Source: a virus (lineage: Duplodnaviria; Heunggongvirae; Uroviricota; Caudoviricetes). Taken from it: 37,796 nucleotides of DNA. The notes under the pieces are model-generated. The model was not told the DNA's origin, searched no databases, and was given only the letters and a program-made list of their open reading frames with translations. Shown here piece after piece: positions 9,962 through 19,526 of the stretch (the stretch's first letter is position 1; the number at the start of each line of letters is the position of its first letter). The stretch covers positions 1-37,796 of IMG/VR virus record IMGVR_UViG_2897375277_000008; one strand, given 5' to 3'. The translations under genes and the position numbers were made by a program.

Positions 9962-11797
9962 TTACCTGCCAAAGCACGTATAGCCAACATCATGGCTGAC
10001 ATCAAAACCGCTGGATCGCGTTTCCATAACCCGCATCCCCGGAGGCGAATTCACAAAAGAGACCTTGATCTCACCATCAACTTTTGGCGCAGAAGCTTTG
10101 TTAATCATGAAGGGATTCGAGCCTGTGGCACCGGAGGCGTTGTTTGACTGAGCCGGATCCACCGCCGGATAAGGTGTGTATCCCCGCGCCGGTATTCCCG
10201 TCCCATAAGCATCATAAGCACCCGCGCCCCACTGCGCAGAGTTAATGGCATCGACCGTGTCACCGGAACTGTCGGTAAACCACTCAATAATTGGCTTCAG
10301 CTTGTCCCACATATCCTGAAACCACTTAACAACCGGTCCCCAGTTATTGATCACCATCCCCAGCGGCGACCAGGCAAAAACCTTCTTAAGAAGTTCCCAG
10401 CCAGTCTCAAAATAAGGACCAATGGTTTCCCAGAGTTTCTTGAAATAAGGTCCGACAACATCCCAATTAGTGATAATTAATCCCGCAGCCAGGGCTATCG
10501 CCGTCGCAATCATGCCAATCGGCGTCATCGACATGATCCTGCTGACAATACTGATGGCACCGCCAACGCCCATCAATCCCAGTTTCAGAATCGCAAGACC
10601 GGCAGCAAGCCCGACGACACCGCGAATAACCCGGGGATTTTCATCCGCAAACTTCGTGAATTTTTCCCCTAACTCCCCCAGCCATTGCGTGATATTTTTG
10701 GCGTCACCAGAAAATGCGCCGCCAATAGCCGCAAGGCCGTTAGTTGCGGTCCCCGTCATTGCCTCCCACAGGTTGGACAGCGTACCAAGCTGGGCCTGAA
10801 CACGTTTATTCAGGCTGGCCTGTTTATTCATCTTCTGCTGGATCTGATCGTAGCCATCCTTTCCTTTATCGATTAGTGCATTGACCACCTGAAGGGTTTC
10901 GGCATCATCACCAAATATTGCCTTAAGTACACCTGTTCGCTTAACGTCGGTCAGTTTTCGCAGCTTTGCCAGTTGCCTGAACATGTTATCAAGACCGCCA
11001 AAACTTCCTTTGCCGTCAGTAAAATCGAGCTGTACCCCGAGTTTCTGGCGGGCCATGACTTTATTGACGTCCCTGATTTTCTTAACGCTTAATCCGGACT
11101 GGATAACTTTTCGCAGGGCATTACCTGCCGACTCCCCGTTCATCCCCATCTGATCCATCATAACGCTGATGGGGGCAAGGCTCTGTGCAGCCTGAAGACC
11201 GTCCTTGTTCACCATCTTCAGAACAGAACTGGTTTTAGTGAAGAAGGACAACATGTTGGTATCGTCAACGCCCAGATAAAACGCCTTCTGGATAGTGTCG
11301 AACAGCCCCATCATGTCTTCTGACGCCGTTCCGGTAGCATCCTGCATCTTTGCAGCAAACTCAGCAGCCGCTTCCGGTGTTTTTTTCAGTTGTACCGCAA
11401 GATAAGCTGTCGCTTTACCCACACCGCCAAGAATGTTTTCTGCCGGGATCCCCTGACGCACCAGCATCTGCATCATGTTCTGGAAATCAGCCGTTGTACC
11501 GGGTAGCTGGTTACCCAGGCCAATAGCCAGTTTATTGATGTCCTGAAAGCGCTTTCCGACCTCACCGTTCGCATCCATCATGGCAACTTTCAGCCCGGTG
11601 GCGGCGTTTTCCTGATCGGCATAAGATTTCAGGGAAAGCGTCAGACCCGCAGCCAGTCCGCCACCAAGCGCCAGCCCACCCTGTGACGCTTCTTCCGCCT
11701 GGCGTTTAAATCCCCGGATTTTCTTTTGCATTTTCGACAGCGCGGGAGAAAGCCTGTCGACACCGGTGATCAACGCCTTAAGCTCAAATTCAGCCAT
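9962..11797 (-). CDS. Tail tape measure protein
   Basis: 611-aa ORF, Ala/Gly-rich with a hydrophobic central segment, following the frameshifted chaperone. Confidence 0.8.
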   Translation of the reverse strand: MAEFELKALITGVDRLSPALSKMQKKIRGFKRQAEEASQGGLALGGGLAAGLTLSLKSYADQENAATGLKVAMMDANGEVGKRFQDINKLAIGLGNQLPGTTADFQNMMQMLVRQGIPAENILGGVGKATAYLAVQLKKTPEAAAEFAAKMQDATGTASEDMMGLFDTIQKAFYLGVDDTNMLSFFTKTSSVLKMVNKDGLQAAQSLAPISVMMDQMGMNGESAGNALRKVIQSGLSVKKIRDVNKVMARQKLGVQLDFTDGKGSFGGLDNMFRQLAKLRKLTDVKRTGVLKAIFGDDAETLQVVNALIDKGKDGYDQIQQKMNKQASLNKRVQAQLGTLSNLWEAMTGTATNGLAAIGGAFSGDAKNITQWLGELGEKFTKFADENPRVIRGVVGLAAGLAILKLGLMGVGGAISIVSRIMSMTPIGMIATAIALAAGLIITNWDVVGPYFKKLWETIGPYFETGWELLKKVFAWSPLGMVINNWGPVVKWFQDMWDKLKPIIEWFTDSSGDTVDAINSAQWGAGAYDAYGTGIPARGYTPYPAVDPAQSNNASGATGSNPFMINKASAPKVDGEIKVSFVNSPPGMRVMETRSSGFDVSHDVGYTCFGR

Positions 11798-11972
11798 GTG
11801 TGCGTTTCTCCTGCTCTATCCTGTTTGCCTGACTGACCAGCAAGGGAATTTCACTGATCGGCATATTCAGCAATTCGAAGGGATTAATGCGCCAGTAGCT
11901 GGCGCAGTCAAAGAAGCGATCAGTGAGGTATTCAGCCGTCAGGCCTGGAGGAAAAAACCGGCCACAAGCCAC
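11790..11972 (-). CDS. Tail assembly chaperone, -1 frameshift extension
   Basis: ORF in the -1 frame overlapping the chaperone 3' end; shift at the heptamer gives ...VAGFF-PPGLTAEYLTDRFF... Confidence 0.6.
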   Translation of the reverse strand: MACGRFFPPGLTAEYLTDRFFDCASYWRINPFELLNMPISEIPLLVSQANRIEQEKRTHG

Positions 11973-12208
11973 GCCGCTGCATTCAGGTCTGCCGGAGACA
12001 TCTGGTCGACAGAGCTTTGCGGCACTTTCGCCAGCCGCACAATGTATTTCGACACCACATGCGCCAGAAGTCTGACGGACTCATCCTGATTCATCTGGTA
12101 GGGATACCCCAGCTCGCGGACATCCTTCCCGGTGGGTTCATCAAACTCCAGTACGGAGAGTGTCTCGCCATGAGCAATAATCGGTTTCTTTAACTCAAGC
12201 TCTTTCAT
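11939..12208 (-). CDS. Tail assembly chaperone (zero-frame product)
   Basis: 89-aa ORF between tail tube and tape measure, ending ...AAWLVAGFFLQA. Confidence 0.65.
   Translation of the reverse strand: MKELELKKPIIAHGETLSVLEFDEPTGKDVRELGYPYQMNQDESVRLLAHVVSKYIVRLAKVPQSSVDQMSPADLNAAAWLVAGFFLQA
11951..11957 (-). other. Slippery heptamer U-UUU-UUC for programmed -1 frameshift
   Basis: Plus strand gaaaaaa; on the mRNA GG-UUU-UUU-C in the zero frame, inside the overlap of the two chaperone ORFs. Confidence 0.6.
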
Positions 12209-12564
12209 TACTGGTAATCCCCTTCTTCACCGTGGAACTCAAGATCAACCGTGCCTTCTTCGGCATTATGGTTCGCTTCGCCGTGCAGCCAGGCAGACGA
12301 CAGTACATAGACCTGACCGTTCGCCAGCTCGGCAGTGATTGTCATCTCATCAGACGAGGTGATTTTGCTCACCGGAAAATTCTTCGGCACCTTGAAGGTC
12401 CCTTTGACATAAGGCGCACGGTGAGTTTCCTTGCGGTCCACTGAACCGTCCAGGCCGATGATGTCATCATTGACCGTCCTGTTCATGGGCACCTCAATGC
12501 CGCCGGTCAGCGATAGCTGCTGACCGTCAATTTTGAAATAACAGGTTCCCCCGATACGGGCCAT
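12208..12564 (-). CDS. Tail tube protein
   Basis: 118-aa ORF immediately after the sheath gene. Confidence 0.65.
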   Translation of the reverse strand: MARIGGTCYFKIDGQQLSLTGGIEVPMNRTVNDDIIGLDGSVDRKETHRAPYVKGTFKVPKNFPVSKITSSDEMTITAELANGQVYVLSSAWLHGEANHNAEEGTVDLEFHGEEGDYQ

Positions 12565-14060
12565 TATGCGGACTCCTCTGAATACTGAAGACGGAACTGG
12601 TTAACCACGGCAAAGACACGCAACTGGTTAACATAGTCAGGCGGGAACAGCGTGTTCAGGCGGTTCGGATCGCTGGCATCACGCTCCACAACCAGGTACT
12701 GCTTAAAAAGTTCGTAGTTTTCCACGATCCCCGCACGCTCAAGCTGACGGTAGGTTGCCAGCAGTTCCCCTTTGATCACCGCCTGGGTGACAATCGCCTG
12801 ACCGGGACCAAAGCGGGTACCGTCGCTGGCAAGCTTGTGACGCCCGTACTTACTGGTAATGACGGATTTCAGTTTGCGCAGTACATACGCACTGGTATGC
12901 AGCGTCTCGCTGTCGAGGTAGCTGTTATCCGCAACCCCGTAAGCGTTTTTCCTGTACGTGGTGACATCACGCTGAATGCGCAGTACCCCGCTTTCGACAT
13001 ACGCCGTTGCCACGCCATGAGACAGCAGGGTCTGTTGTTCGGTCATCGTGAACCGTTTCCCCTTCGGCGCAGGCAGCATACCCACCAGCTCACCGGTCTG
13101 CGTGGGACGTGCCGGATCGTTGCGGATAAACACCGCTGCGCGGGCGGTACGGCTTGCCGCCAGCTCGTCGGCAGGCGTCTGGGTCTCTTTTTCGTACCCC
13201 GCCAGGGTAATGTGCTGCTGGTTAAACTGGTCACCTGCGGTCACCAGTTCTGACAGCGTGCCGATCTTTGCCGTATACACATGACCATACAGCTGACGCG
13301 CATAGCTCCAGCGACCGCTGGTATCGTTCATCTCGGTCACCAGCGTGTTAACGGAGGCCGTGTCGTTGAACGGCAGGCCGATATAATCAAACGGCTCATC
13401 CGCCATTGCAGCCACCGCGCCGGTGAGAACAGGAGAACCCGTTCCGGCGGTACCCGTCGCCACGGCAATCTGTACGCCCGCTGGCAGCACTTCGCCCCCA
13501 CCAAAGCCGTAGTAATTGAGGCTGACAGGAATTTCATTCCCGCAAAGCCCCTTATGACGCGCGGTCAGTGTGACCACGCCAGCCGAAGATGAAGCTGTAA
13601 ACGGCAGAGTCGGAACGGCATTGATGGCATCCTGGATACTGCCGGCAATCGTCGCGACGTTATCGCCATTGGTCACCGGTGCCTGCACGCGGGTACGTCC
13701 CACATAAACATTCACCGTGCCGGTTTCGGTTGCCGCCCCGGTCACCGTCAGCGTAACCGTTGCCGCCGCGCCTGTGGCTTCCGGAACGGCAATCACATAC
13801 AGCTCGCCAAACGGGTCAGTCTGGCGATAAGCCTCGACCATACGCGCCAGCTGACTTCCCGCACCACAAATCTGGAGTGCATAGTCTGCCGACGGCATCA
13901 GTACCAGACTGTTGGCAACAATCTCTGCACCGTTATTGGCATGACCAATCAGCAGCGATGCTCCGCTGTCCTGTGCAGTATTCGCCGCCTGGTTATCCAT
14001 TTCCGCATAAAACAACGGAACCAGCGTATTCGACGGAATGGTGTTAAAGCTTATCGTCAT
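12564..14060 (-). CDS. Contractile tail sheath protein
   Basis: 498-aa ORF MTISFNTIPSNTLVPLFYAEMDN..., sheath-like; followed by tube, chaperone and tape measure. Confidence 0.85.
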   Translation of the reverse strand: MTISFNTIPSNTLVPLFYAEMDNQAANTAQDSGASLLIGHANNGAEIVANSLVLMPSADYALQICGAGSQLARMVEAYRQTDPFGELYVIAVPEATGAAATVTLTVTGAATETGTVNVYVGRTRVQAPVTNGDNVATIAGSIQDAINAVPTLPFTASSSAGVVTLTARHKGLCGNEIPVSLNYYGFGGGEVLPAGVQIAVATGTAGTGSPVLTGAVAAMADEPFDYIGLPFNDTASVNTLVTEMNDTSGRWSYARQLYGHVYTAKIGTLSELVTAGDQFNQQHITLAGYEKETQTPADELAASRTARAAVFIRNDPARPTQTGELVGMLPAPKGKRFTMTEQQTLLSHGVATAYVESGVLRIQRDVTTYRKNAYGVADNSYLDSETLHTSAYVLRKLKSVITSKYGRHKLASDGTRFGPGQAIVTQAVIKGELLATYRQLERAGIVENYELFKQYLVVERDASDPNRLNTLFPPDYVNQLRVFAVVNQFRLQYSEESA

Positions 14061-14222
14061 CGGTATTCACCTTTTTATTCACGCGCCGGATATCACCCGC
14101 TGCTTCACGGCGCAGCCAGTAGTTGTTCTCGTCAACATTTCGCCCTTCGGCGGGCAAAAGGTCGCCGCGGGCAGGGTCAGGAACTGACCGCCCTTTAACA
14201 GGTTTGACAAACATGAGGATCC

Positions 14223-14783
14223 TCAGGAAGGAAGGGTTATTTCGGTGTGATGTTCGATATCGCCGTCAGGCCCGTTACCGGGCTCGAGATAATCAACATC
14301 AATCGCCAGCGTTTGCAGTTCATCCAGACTGTTCAGATCATCCTGCTGGCGGGTATCGTCTTCAGTCAGCTCGCTGATGACCGAAAAATCGAACTGATAA
14401 ATCAGCTCATGACGATTCAGATCCAGCAGCGTGCCGCCGTCATAGGTAATCGGGTTACCGCACGCCTCCGGGTTCCAGCCCAGCAGAGCCTTAAAGAGCA
14501 TCTGCCGGACATCGTCCACCACATCATACGAGGCAAACTGACCGCGCTCATCACGCCCGTTACTCAGTATGACAACCACGGAGAAACCCTCTTTCAGCTC
14601 CTGCCAGTAGTCGGTCTGGCTTTTGTTTTCTCCCGGAGAATCATCACCCGGTACAACATATGCCGCCGGGAGTTTCAGCTTTCCGACCTCCGGCAGATTT
14701 TTGAACTGGGCCGCGCCTGCAACCCGGTTTTCAAAATACGGACAGCGGGCACGCAGTGCAGCAATAACAGGCGTCAGTTTCAT
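14223..14783 (-). CDS. Tail completion/terminator-like protein
   Basis: 186-aa ORF between head-tail joining genes and sheath; assignment by position only. Confidence 0.4.
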   Translation of the reverse strand: MKLTPVIAALRARCPYFENRVAGAAQFKNLPEVGKLKLPAAYVVPGDDSPGENKSQTDYWQELKEGFSVVVILSNGRDERGQFASYDVVDDVRQMLFKALLGWNPEACGNPITYDGGTLLDLNRHELIYQFDFSVISELTEDDTRQQDDLNSLDELQTLAIDVDYLEPGNGPDGDIEHHTEITLPS

Positions 14784-15286
14784 CTGTGTCGTCGCTCCGG
14801 CTTCAGTGATTTACGCAATTCCCGCGCCAGAAAATAGCGTGTCCAGCTGCGGTTCTTTTCAAGAGTTTCCACCATGAAGTTATTACGTGGAGCCAGTCGC
14901 CAGCCGCTGCCACCGGATGCACCACGATGATGGCTGCGACGACGCTTTGCCCCTCTCTTCACGCCATAGAACAAAAAAGCCGGATAAAAATCACCGGTGA
15001 TGCGGCGGTTTCCCTCACCATTACGCTGGTTAGGGGCTATACGAGCCATAAAACCGGGGCGATGTTTACTGGCTCTGGGTACCATATAACCAATCGAACG
15101 TGCCAGGCGTCCGGTCTGATAACCGGGGTTTTCACCCGGTGCCGACCGCGCACGGCGCATCACCAGCCGACGGGCATCACGCATATGACGCTGACCAATC
15201 GTGACAAACGCCCGCCGGACACGGGCGCGGTTAAAGCGCATCTCCGCGGGCTGCTGAAAATCAACGTGCAAAAAGGAAGTCGCCAT
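14780..15286 (-). CDS. Virion morphogenesis protein (HK97 gp10-like)
   Basis: Track ORF 14780..15355; start moved to the internal Met (MATSFLHVDFQQ...) at 15286, which has a GGAGG Shine-Dalgarno upstream. Confidence 0.55.
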   Translation of the reverse strand: MATSFLHVDFQQPAEMRFNRARVRRAFVTIGQRHMRDARRLVMRRARSAPGENPGYQTGRLARSIGYMVPRASKHRPGFMARIAPNQRNGEGNRRITGDFYPAFLFYGVKRGAKRRRSHHRGASGGSGWRLAPRNNFMVETLEKNRSWTRYFLARELRKSLKPERRHR

Positions 15287-15671
15287 TGTTGCCTCCGTGA
15301 CTCTGCCTACATTCGCCCAGCTCCGTACACTCCAGCAGCAGAAAGCGCCGCGCACCGTTCAGATCGCGCTGACGTTTCACCCGGTACACACTATCACCGC
15401 AGACCACCTCATAATCAGCGGTGATCCCCCGGCGGTAGCGAATGGTGATGTAATGGGTGATGGCGTCTCCGGTCTGCGCGGTTTCCTGCCAGGTGGTGGC
15501 ACTGGTCTGGACAACCTTCGCCCATGCCCGGAACGCAACCGGGTATTGAGGCTCCACGCCAAAGTTATCCGAGGGCATATCCACCCGCTGGCGGATCAGG
15601 ACGCGTTTATTCAGTTCGCCGGGGTCCGGCAGAATGTAGGTTGCGCTGGTCTGCGCCTGACGAATTTTCAT
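15261..15671 (-). CDS. Head-tail joining/adaptor protein
   Basis: 136-aa ORF in the head-tail connector cluster. Confidence 0.5.
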   Translation of the reverse strand: MKIRQAQTSATYILPDPGELNKRVLIRQRVDMPSDNFGVEPQYPVAFRAWAKVVQTSATTWQETAQTGDAITHYITIRYRRGITADYEVVCGDSVYRVKRQRDLNGARRFLLLECTELGECRQSHGGNNGDFLFAR

Positions 15672-15991
15672 TGCGGAAAGTACCTGTACGGGCCGACAAG
15701 CCAGCCAAAACTCTGCGGCATGTCGAGTTTCTCCACTTCCGTAACCGAAGAGCGGTTTTCGTAAAAATGGCTGATAAGCATCAGCATCCCCAGACGAATA
15801 TCATCCGGTAGGTGCAGCCCGTCCGGATCGCTGTCCGGAATGGTTTCATCCGGTGCATAGAGCTTCCGGTTCAGATACGTTTCCGTCCGCTTTTGTGCCG
15901 CACATGCCAGCAGTTGCAGATGGCGGTCATCAGTATCGAAATCCTCATCCAGCCGGAGTTGGGCTTTAATCTCTTCCATTGTCAGAAGCAT
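15668..15991 (-). CDS. Head-tail connector protein (gp6-like)
   Basis: 107-aa ORF MLLTMEEIKAQLRLDEDFDTDD...; typical size and position. Confidence 0.6.
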   Translation of the reverse strand: MLLTMEEIKAQLRLDEDFDTDDRHLQLLACAAQKRTETYLNRKLYAPDETIPDSDPDGLHLPDDIRLGMLMLISHFYENRSSVTEVEKLDMPQSFGWLVGPYRYFPQ

Positions 15992-15993
15992 AC

Positions 15994-16194
15994 TCAGCCC
16001 TCTTTACTGGTCGTGGCTTTTTTCTCTTTTGCCGCTTTACTGCTTTTTGCACTGATTCCGCGCTCTGCTAACCCGGCCTGAAGTGCAATCTCCTGCACCC
16101 GGGCAGGAAGCGCCCCGTCGTCATACTCACCGGCCCGAATGACCTCAACACGCATACCGTCCGGTGACCATTTCAGATCTTGTTTCAGGATCAT
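15994..16194 (-). CDS. Hypothetical protein
   Basis: 66-aa ORF after the capsid gene with a Lys/Ala-rich tail. Confidence 0.35.
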   Translation of the reverse strand: MILKQDLKWSPDGMRVEVIRAGEYDDGALPARVQEIALQAGLAERGISAKSSKAAKEKKATTSKEG

Positions 16195-16243
16195 GATTCT
16201 TCACCCGTCAGAACAGGGGGCGCGGTTCCGCGCCCCTGAGTGA

Positions 16244-17449
16244 TTACGCCGCTGCAATCTTCAGCAGTTTGATGGCCTGCGAATCGACCAGCATGCCGCC
16301 GGTGCGTTTGGTGGTATAAAAACCGACAAACGGTTTATTGGTGTACGGGTCACGCAGAATGCGGGTGCCGATACGGTCAACGATGGTGTAACCCCGTTTG
16401 AAGTTACCAAATGCAATGGCTTTCGCATCAGCGGCGATATCCGGCATCTGTTCGTTTTCAGCGATACCGTAACCCGCCAGAGAGGACGGCTGCCCCAGCT
16501 CCAGCCCCGGACGCCACAGATAGTTACCCTCGCTGTCTTTCAGCAGACGGATGGCAAACAGGCTGTTGTTGTTCATCATGAACTTCGCACCGGTGCGGTG
16601 TGCCTTACGCAGCGTGTAAATAAGTTTGATAATGGCGTCTGCGGTCACCGCAGTCGCTTCGCCGGATACAATATGCTGAAGTTTGCCGAACGCCCGGACC
16701 TTATCGGTTTCATCAGTGGATTCATACGCCAGGAACCCTTTCGGCTTCTTGGTGCCATCGCCTGAGGTAAAGGCAATTTCTTCCTGTTCGGCAAATTCGG
16801 TTGCCAGCTCGCTGTTGATCCAGGCCTCCACGTTGAAGAAGGCATCGTCCAGCATTTTCTGGGTGGCCTGCGGGTTGCCGTAGATTTCCCCCATGAGAGG
16901 TTCAATCAGCTCCAATCTGGAGGTGGCAGTCTGGGATCGCGTATCCGTTTCCCCCACCCATCCGGAAGCCGTGCCGCCCAGATTCACCAGTTTTTTGTAG
17001 TCGGAACCGCCAACGGTGATCACCGTGGCTTCCTGGCGCATCACCACTTCATCTTTCAGCAGGGTGAGAATGTTGCGATCCAGCGCTTCCGGCACGGCAT
17101 AGCCACCGTCTTCATCGGTGCCCACCTGCAATGCCTTACGCTCCAGATCGCGCAGACCATCTTCACGGCCTTTACGCAGGAAGCCCACAAACGCTTCTTT
17201 ATGCTCGGTGGCCAGTTTATTTTGCGCACCACCTGCCGGACGTTTCAGCTCAAGCAGCTCTTTTTCAAGATCGCTTTTGAGGTTTTCCAGCTCGCTGAGT
17301 TTTCCGTTCAGGGTTTCCACCTGCCCGGCAAGTTTGCCTTTTTCCTGCTCAATCGCATCCACGCGCTTGTCGTTCTTTGCTTTGAAGTCGTCAAACTTCT
17401 GCTGCAGCTCCTGCGCGACCTGTTCGACATCTTTAATATCTACCGCCAT
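16244..17449 (-). CDS. Major capsid protein, HK97 fold with N-terminal coiled-coil domain
   Basis: 401-aa ORF after the prohead protease; N-terminal coiled coil (…QVAQELQQKFDDFKAKNDKRVDAIEQEK…). Confidence 0.85.
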   Translation of the reverse strand: MAVDIKDVEQVAQELQQKFDDFKAKNDKRVDAIEQEKGKLAGQVETLNGKLSELENLKSDLEKELLELKRPAGGAQNKLATEHKEAFVGFLRKGREDGLRDLERKALQVGTDEDGGYAVPEALDRNILTLLKDEVVMRQEATVITVGGSDYKKLVNLGGTASGWVGETDTRSQTATSRLELIEPLMGEIYGNPQATQKMLDDAFFNVEAWINSELATEFAEQEEIAFTSGDGTKKPKGFLAYESTDETDKVRAFGKLQHIVSGEATAVTADAIIKLIYTLRKAHRTGAKFMMNNNSLFAIRLLKDSEGNYLWRPGLELGQPSSLAGYGIAENEQMPDIAADAKAIAFGNFKRGYTIVDRIGTRILRDPYTNKPFVGFYTTKRTGGMLVDSQAIKLLKIAAA

Positions 17450-17463
17450 CGTATTTCTCCTGA

Positions 17464-18150
17464 TTAGAAGTTCAGATTTTTCAGTGCATTCAGTGCAGAG
17501 CTCACATCCTCAGCGTCGCGCAGGGACAGTGCGCTATAGCCCCCGGCCATGAATGCTTTGGCCTGGGTACGGGAGAGTCCGACATCACGCAGGACTCTTT
17601 CGATTTTTTTCTGTTCGGGGATTTCCCCGCGGGCTAGCGCGTTCTTGACGTCGCTGATCCGTGCCTCGTCGTTAGACGGGAACGTCACCAGACTGACTTC
17701 CCAGAGGTCGATTTCTTTCAGCAGAAAGGCTTCTTTCGTCCGGTCGTATTCCCAGTCCTTCAGGACGTACCCAATAGAAAGGCCGGTTAACGAACCGGCC
17801 TTCATGTGTGCATGTGCGCGTTTTGCCAGGGGATCATCATCAATGAGCAACCGCCCCCTGACGTAAAGCCCGACATCGTCTTCCTTCATTTCGGTGTAAA
17901 CACCGATGGGCTCATCCATGCGGTGCTGCCAGAGCAGCGCAGGTAACGCTTTTCTGTCACTCCACGCCCGCAGGGAAGCAGCAAATGCCCCGGACATCAC
18001 CACATCATCGTGGCTGTCCTTTACACCAAAGACGGAGCCATACCCTTCAAACTCCCCGGAGTCACTGACAGATTTCAGACTCAGCGGTACATCAAGACGT
18101 TGTTTCGTCTGCATTGGCGTTATCCTTCTGCTTACCGGCTTTACTGCCAT
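17464..18150 (-). CDS. Prohead protease (HK97 family)
   Basis: 228-aa ORF between portal and capsid; overlaps portal 3' end. Confidence 0.8.
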   Translation of the reverse strand: MAVKPVSRRITPMQTKQRLDVPLSLKSVSDSGEFEGYGSVFGVKDSHDDVVMSGAFAASLRAWSDRKALPALLWQHRMDEPIGVYTEMKEDDVGLYVRGRLLIDDDPLAKRAHAHMKAGSLTGLSIGYVLKDWEYDRTKEAFLLKEIDLWEVSLVTFPSNDEARISDVKNALARGEIPEQKKIERVLRDVGLSRTQAKAFMAGGYSALSLRDAEDVSSALNALKNLNF

Positions 18151-19333
18151 CGGAGGGTTTCGTGGTCATGTTCATCGGTGTGAGATAGACATCACCACCG
18201 GGACGCGGATTCATATCTTCCAGGTCGCGGCAGTCATTGGGAGAGTAAATTCCCCAGTTGATCCCGGTGGCGTAGGCTTCAAAACGGGACTTCATATCCC
18301 CGCGCAGTAACGCCCCGGCGTTAAATTTGGCGTAATAAACGCCCTGCTTACTTTTTCGTACCAGTCCGGTGTTGATCCGCTGTTCGATGCGGGTCAGATA
18401 CGGCACCAGTGAATAGTTGATAAATCCCAGCCCCAGCTCTTCGATATTGTTGAAGGTGGCGCGATCGGTGTTCTGCACCATGTGCAACGGCACCCGGAAC
18501 AGACGACAGATTTCTTCAAGCTGAAACTTGCGGGTTTCCAGGAACTGGCTGTCCTCGGCGTTCAGCGCCATCGACTTCCAGTCCAGCCCCATCTCAAGGA
18601 TCATCGGGCGGTGAGCATTGCCAAGCCCGGTGTGACGCTCCTCAAAATCTTTCTTCAGGCGCTCATAAGCCTGATCTGACAACGTCTGCTCTGTACGCAA
18701 CACACCCGACGTCACCGCGCCATTGCTGAACAGTCTGGCCCCGTGCTCTTCGGTCGCTGCCGCCAGCGATATTGCCTCGCGGGCATAGGCGATGGGATTC
18801 AGCCCCACCAGTCCGTCCAGCGTCAGCGTGCGCACATGCCAGATATCCTCCTGGCTCAGTACATCCGTGGAGCCATCCGGGAATGTGACCTGATAGACCG
18901 GCTCCCAGCTACTGTTAAGCTTCGGTACCACACAGCCGGGATCGACGGGCAGCAGTTCAGCCACTTCGCCAAATGCTTTCACTTTGTAGGCGTAAAAGTT
19001 TCCCCGCAGGCACAGACAGGTGACCACCAGCTCCCAGAACTCCTGCGGCGTCATATAGCCATTGGGATGCGTGGAGATCAGCTTATGCAGACGTTCGCCG
19101 GTGGCTCTCTGCTTCAGGCTGCCGTTCAGGTGATACAGGTTGCAGGGCAACATCCCGACCGACTCCGCCAGCACCCTGACACAGGAAAAAACCGCCGTCA
19201 GTCGCATGGCCCTCTGGCTGCTGATCTGCTTTCCGGTATAGGTGTCGTAGGACAACCCGATAGCATCCGCCAGCTCTGCTGGCGTGGTCACCGGTGCGTC
19301 ACTTTTTCGTTGAAATAATCCCGAAAAGAACAC
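18092..19333 (-). CDS. Portal protein (HK97 family)
   Basis: 413-aa ORF downstream of terminase large subunit. Confidence 0.8.
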   Translation of the reverse strand: MFFSGLFQRKSDAPVTTPAELADAIGLSYDTYTGKQISSQRAMRLTAVFSCVRVLAESVGMLPCNLYHLNGSLKQRATGERLHKLISTHPNGYMTPQEFWELVVTCLCLRGNFYAYKVKAFGEVAELLPVDPGCVVPKLNSSWEPVYQVTFPDGSTDVLSQEDIWHVRTLTLDGLVGLNPIAYAREAISLAAATEEHGARLFSNGAVTSGVLRTEQTLSDQAYERLKKDFEERHTGLGNAHRPMILEMGLDWKSMALNAEDSQFLETRKFQLEEICRLFRVPLHMVQNTDRATFNNIEELGLGFINYSLVPYLTRIEQRINTGLVRKSKQGVYYAKFNAGALLRGDMKSRFEAYATGINWGIYSPNDCRDLEDMNPRPGGDVYLTPMNMTTKPSDGSKAGKQKDNANADETTS

Positions 19334-19515
19334 TATTTACCTCCGCCGACAGACGACTGTGTACGGTCGAGATATCGCGCCACCAGCCACGACCAGAACA
19401 GGCACAACGCCCCGACAACAACAAACCCCGCCGGGGGATAAATCAGCCAGGCACCATAAGCCAGCAAAAGCGCCCCCAGCACGCCCACCAGAGGCGCGAG
19501 AATCAGCATGATCAT
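19333..19515 (-). CDS. Small hydrophobic protein
   Basis: 60-aa ORF with two hydrophobic stretches between terL and portal. Confidence 0.35.
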   Translation of the reverse strand: MIMLILAPLVGVLGALLLAYGAWLIYPPAGFVVVGALCLFWSWLVARYLDRTQSSVGGGK

Positions 19516-19526
19516 AATTACCTCAG

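Noticed and set aside
14247-14837. Plus-strand 196-aa ORF
   Set aside because: Entirely antisense to the 14223..14783 tail gene in a GC-rich region where spurious long ORFs are common.
17118-17552. Plus-strand 144-aa Ser/Arg-rich ORF
   Set aside because: Antisense to the capsid gene; low-complexity composition.
18743-19318. Plus-strand 191-aa ORF
   Set aside because: Antisense to the portal gene; Arg/Gln/His-rich composition typical of antisense frames.
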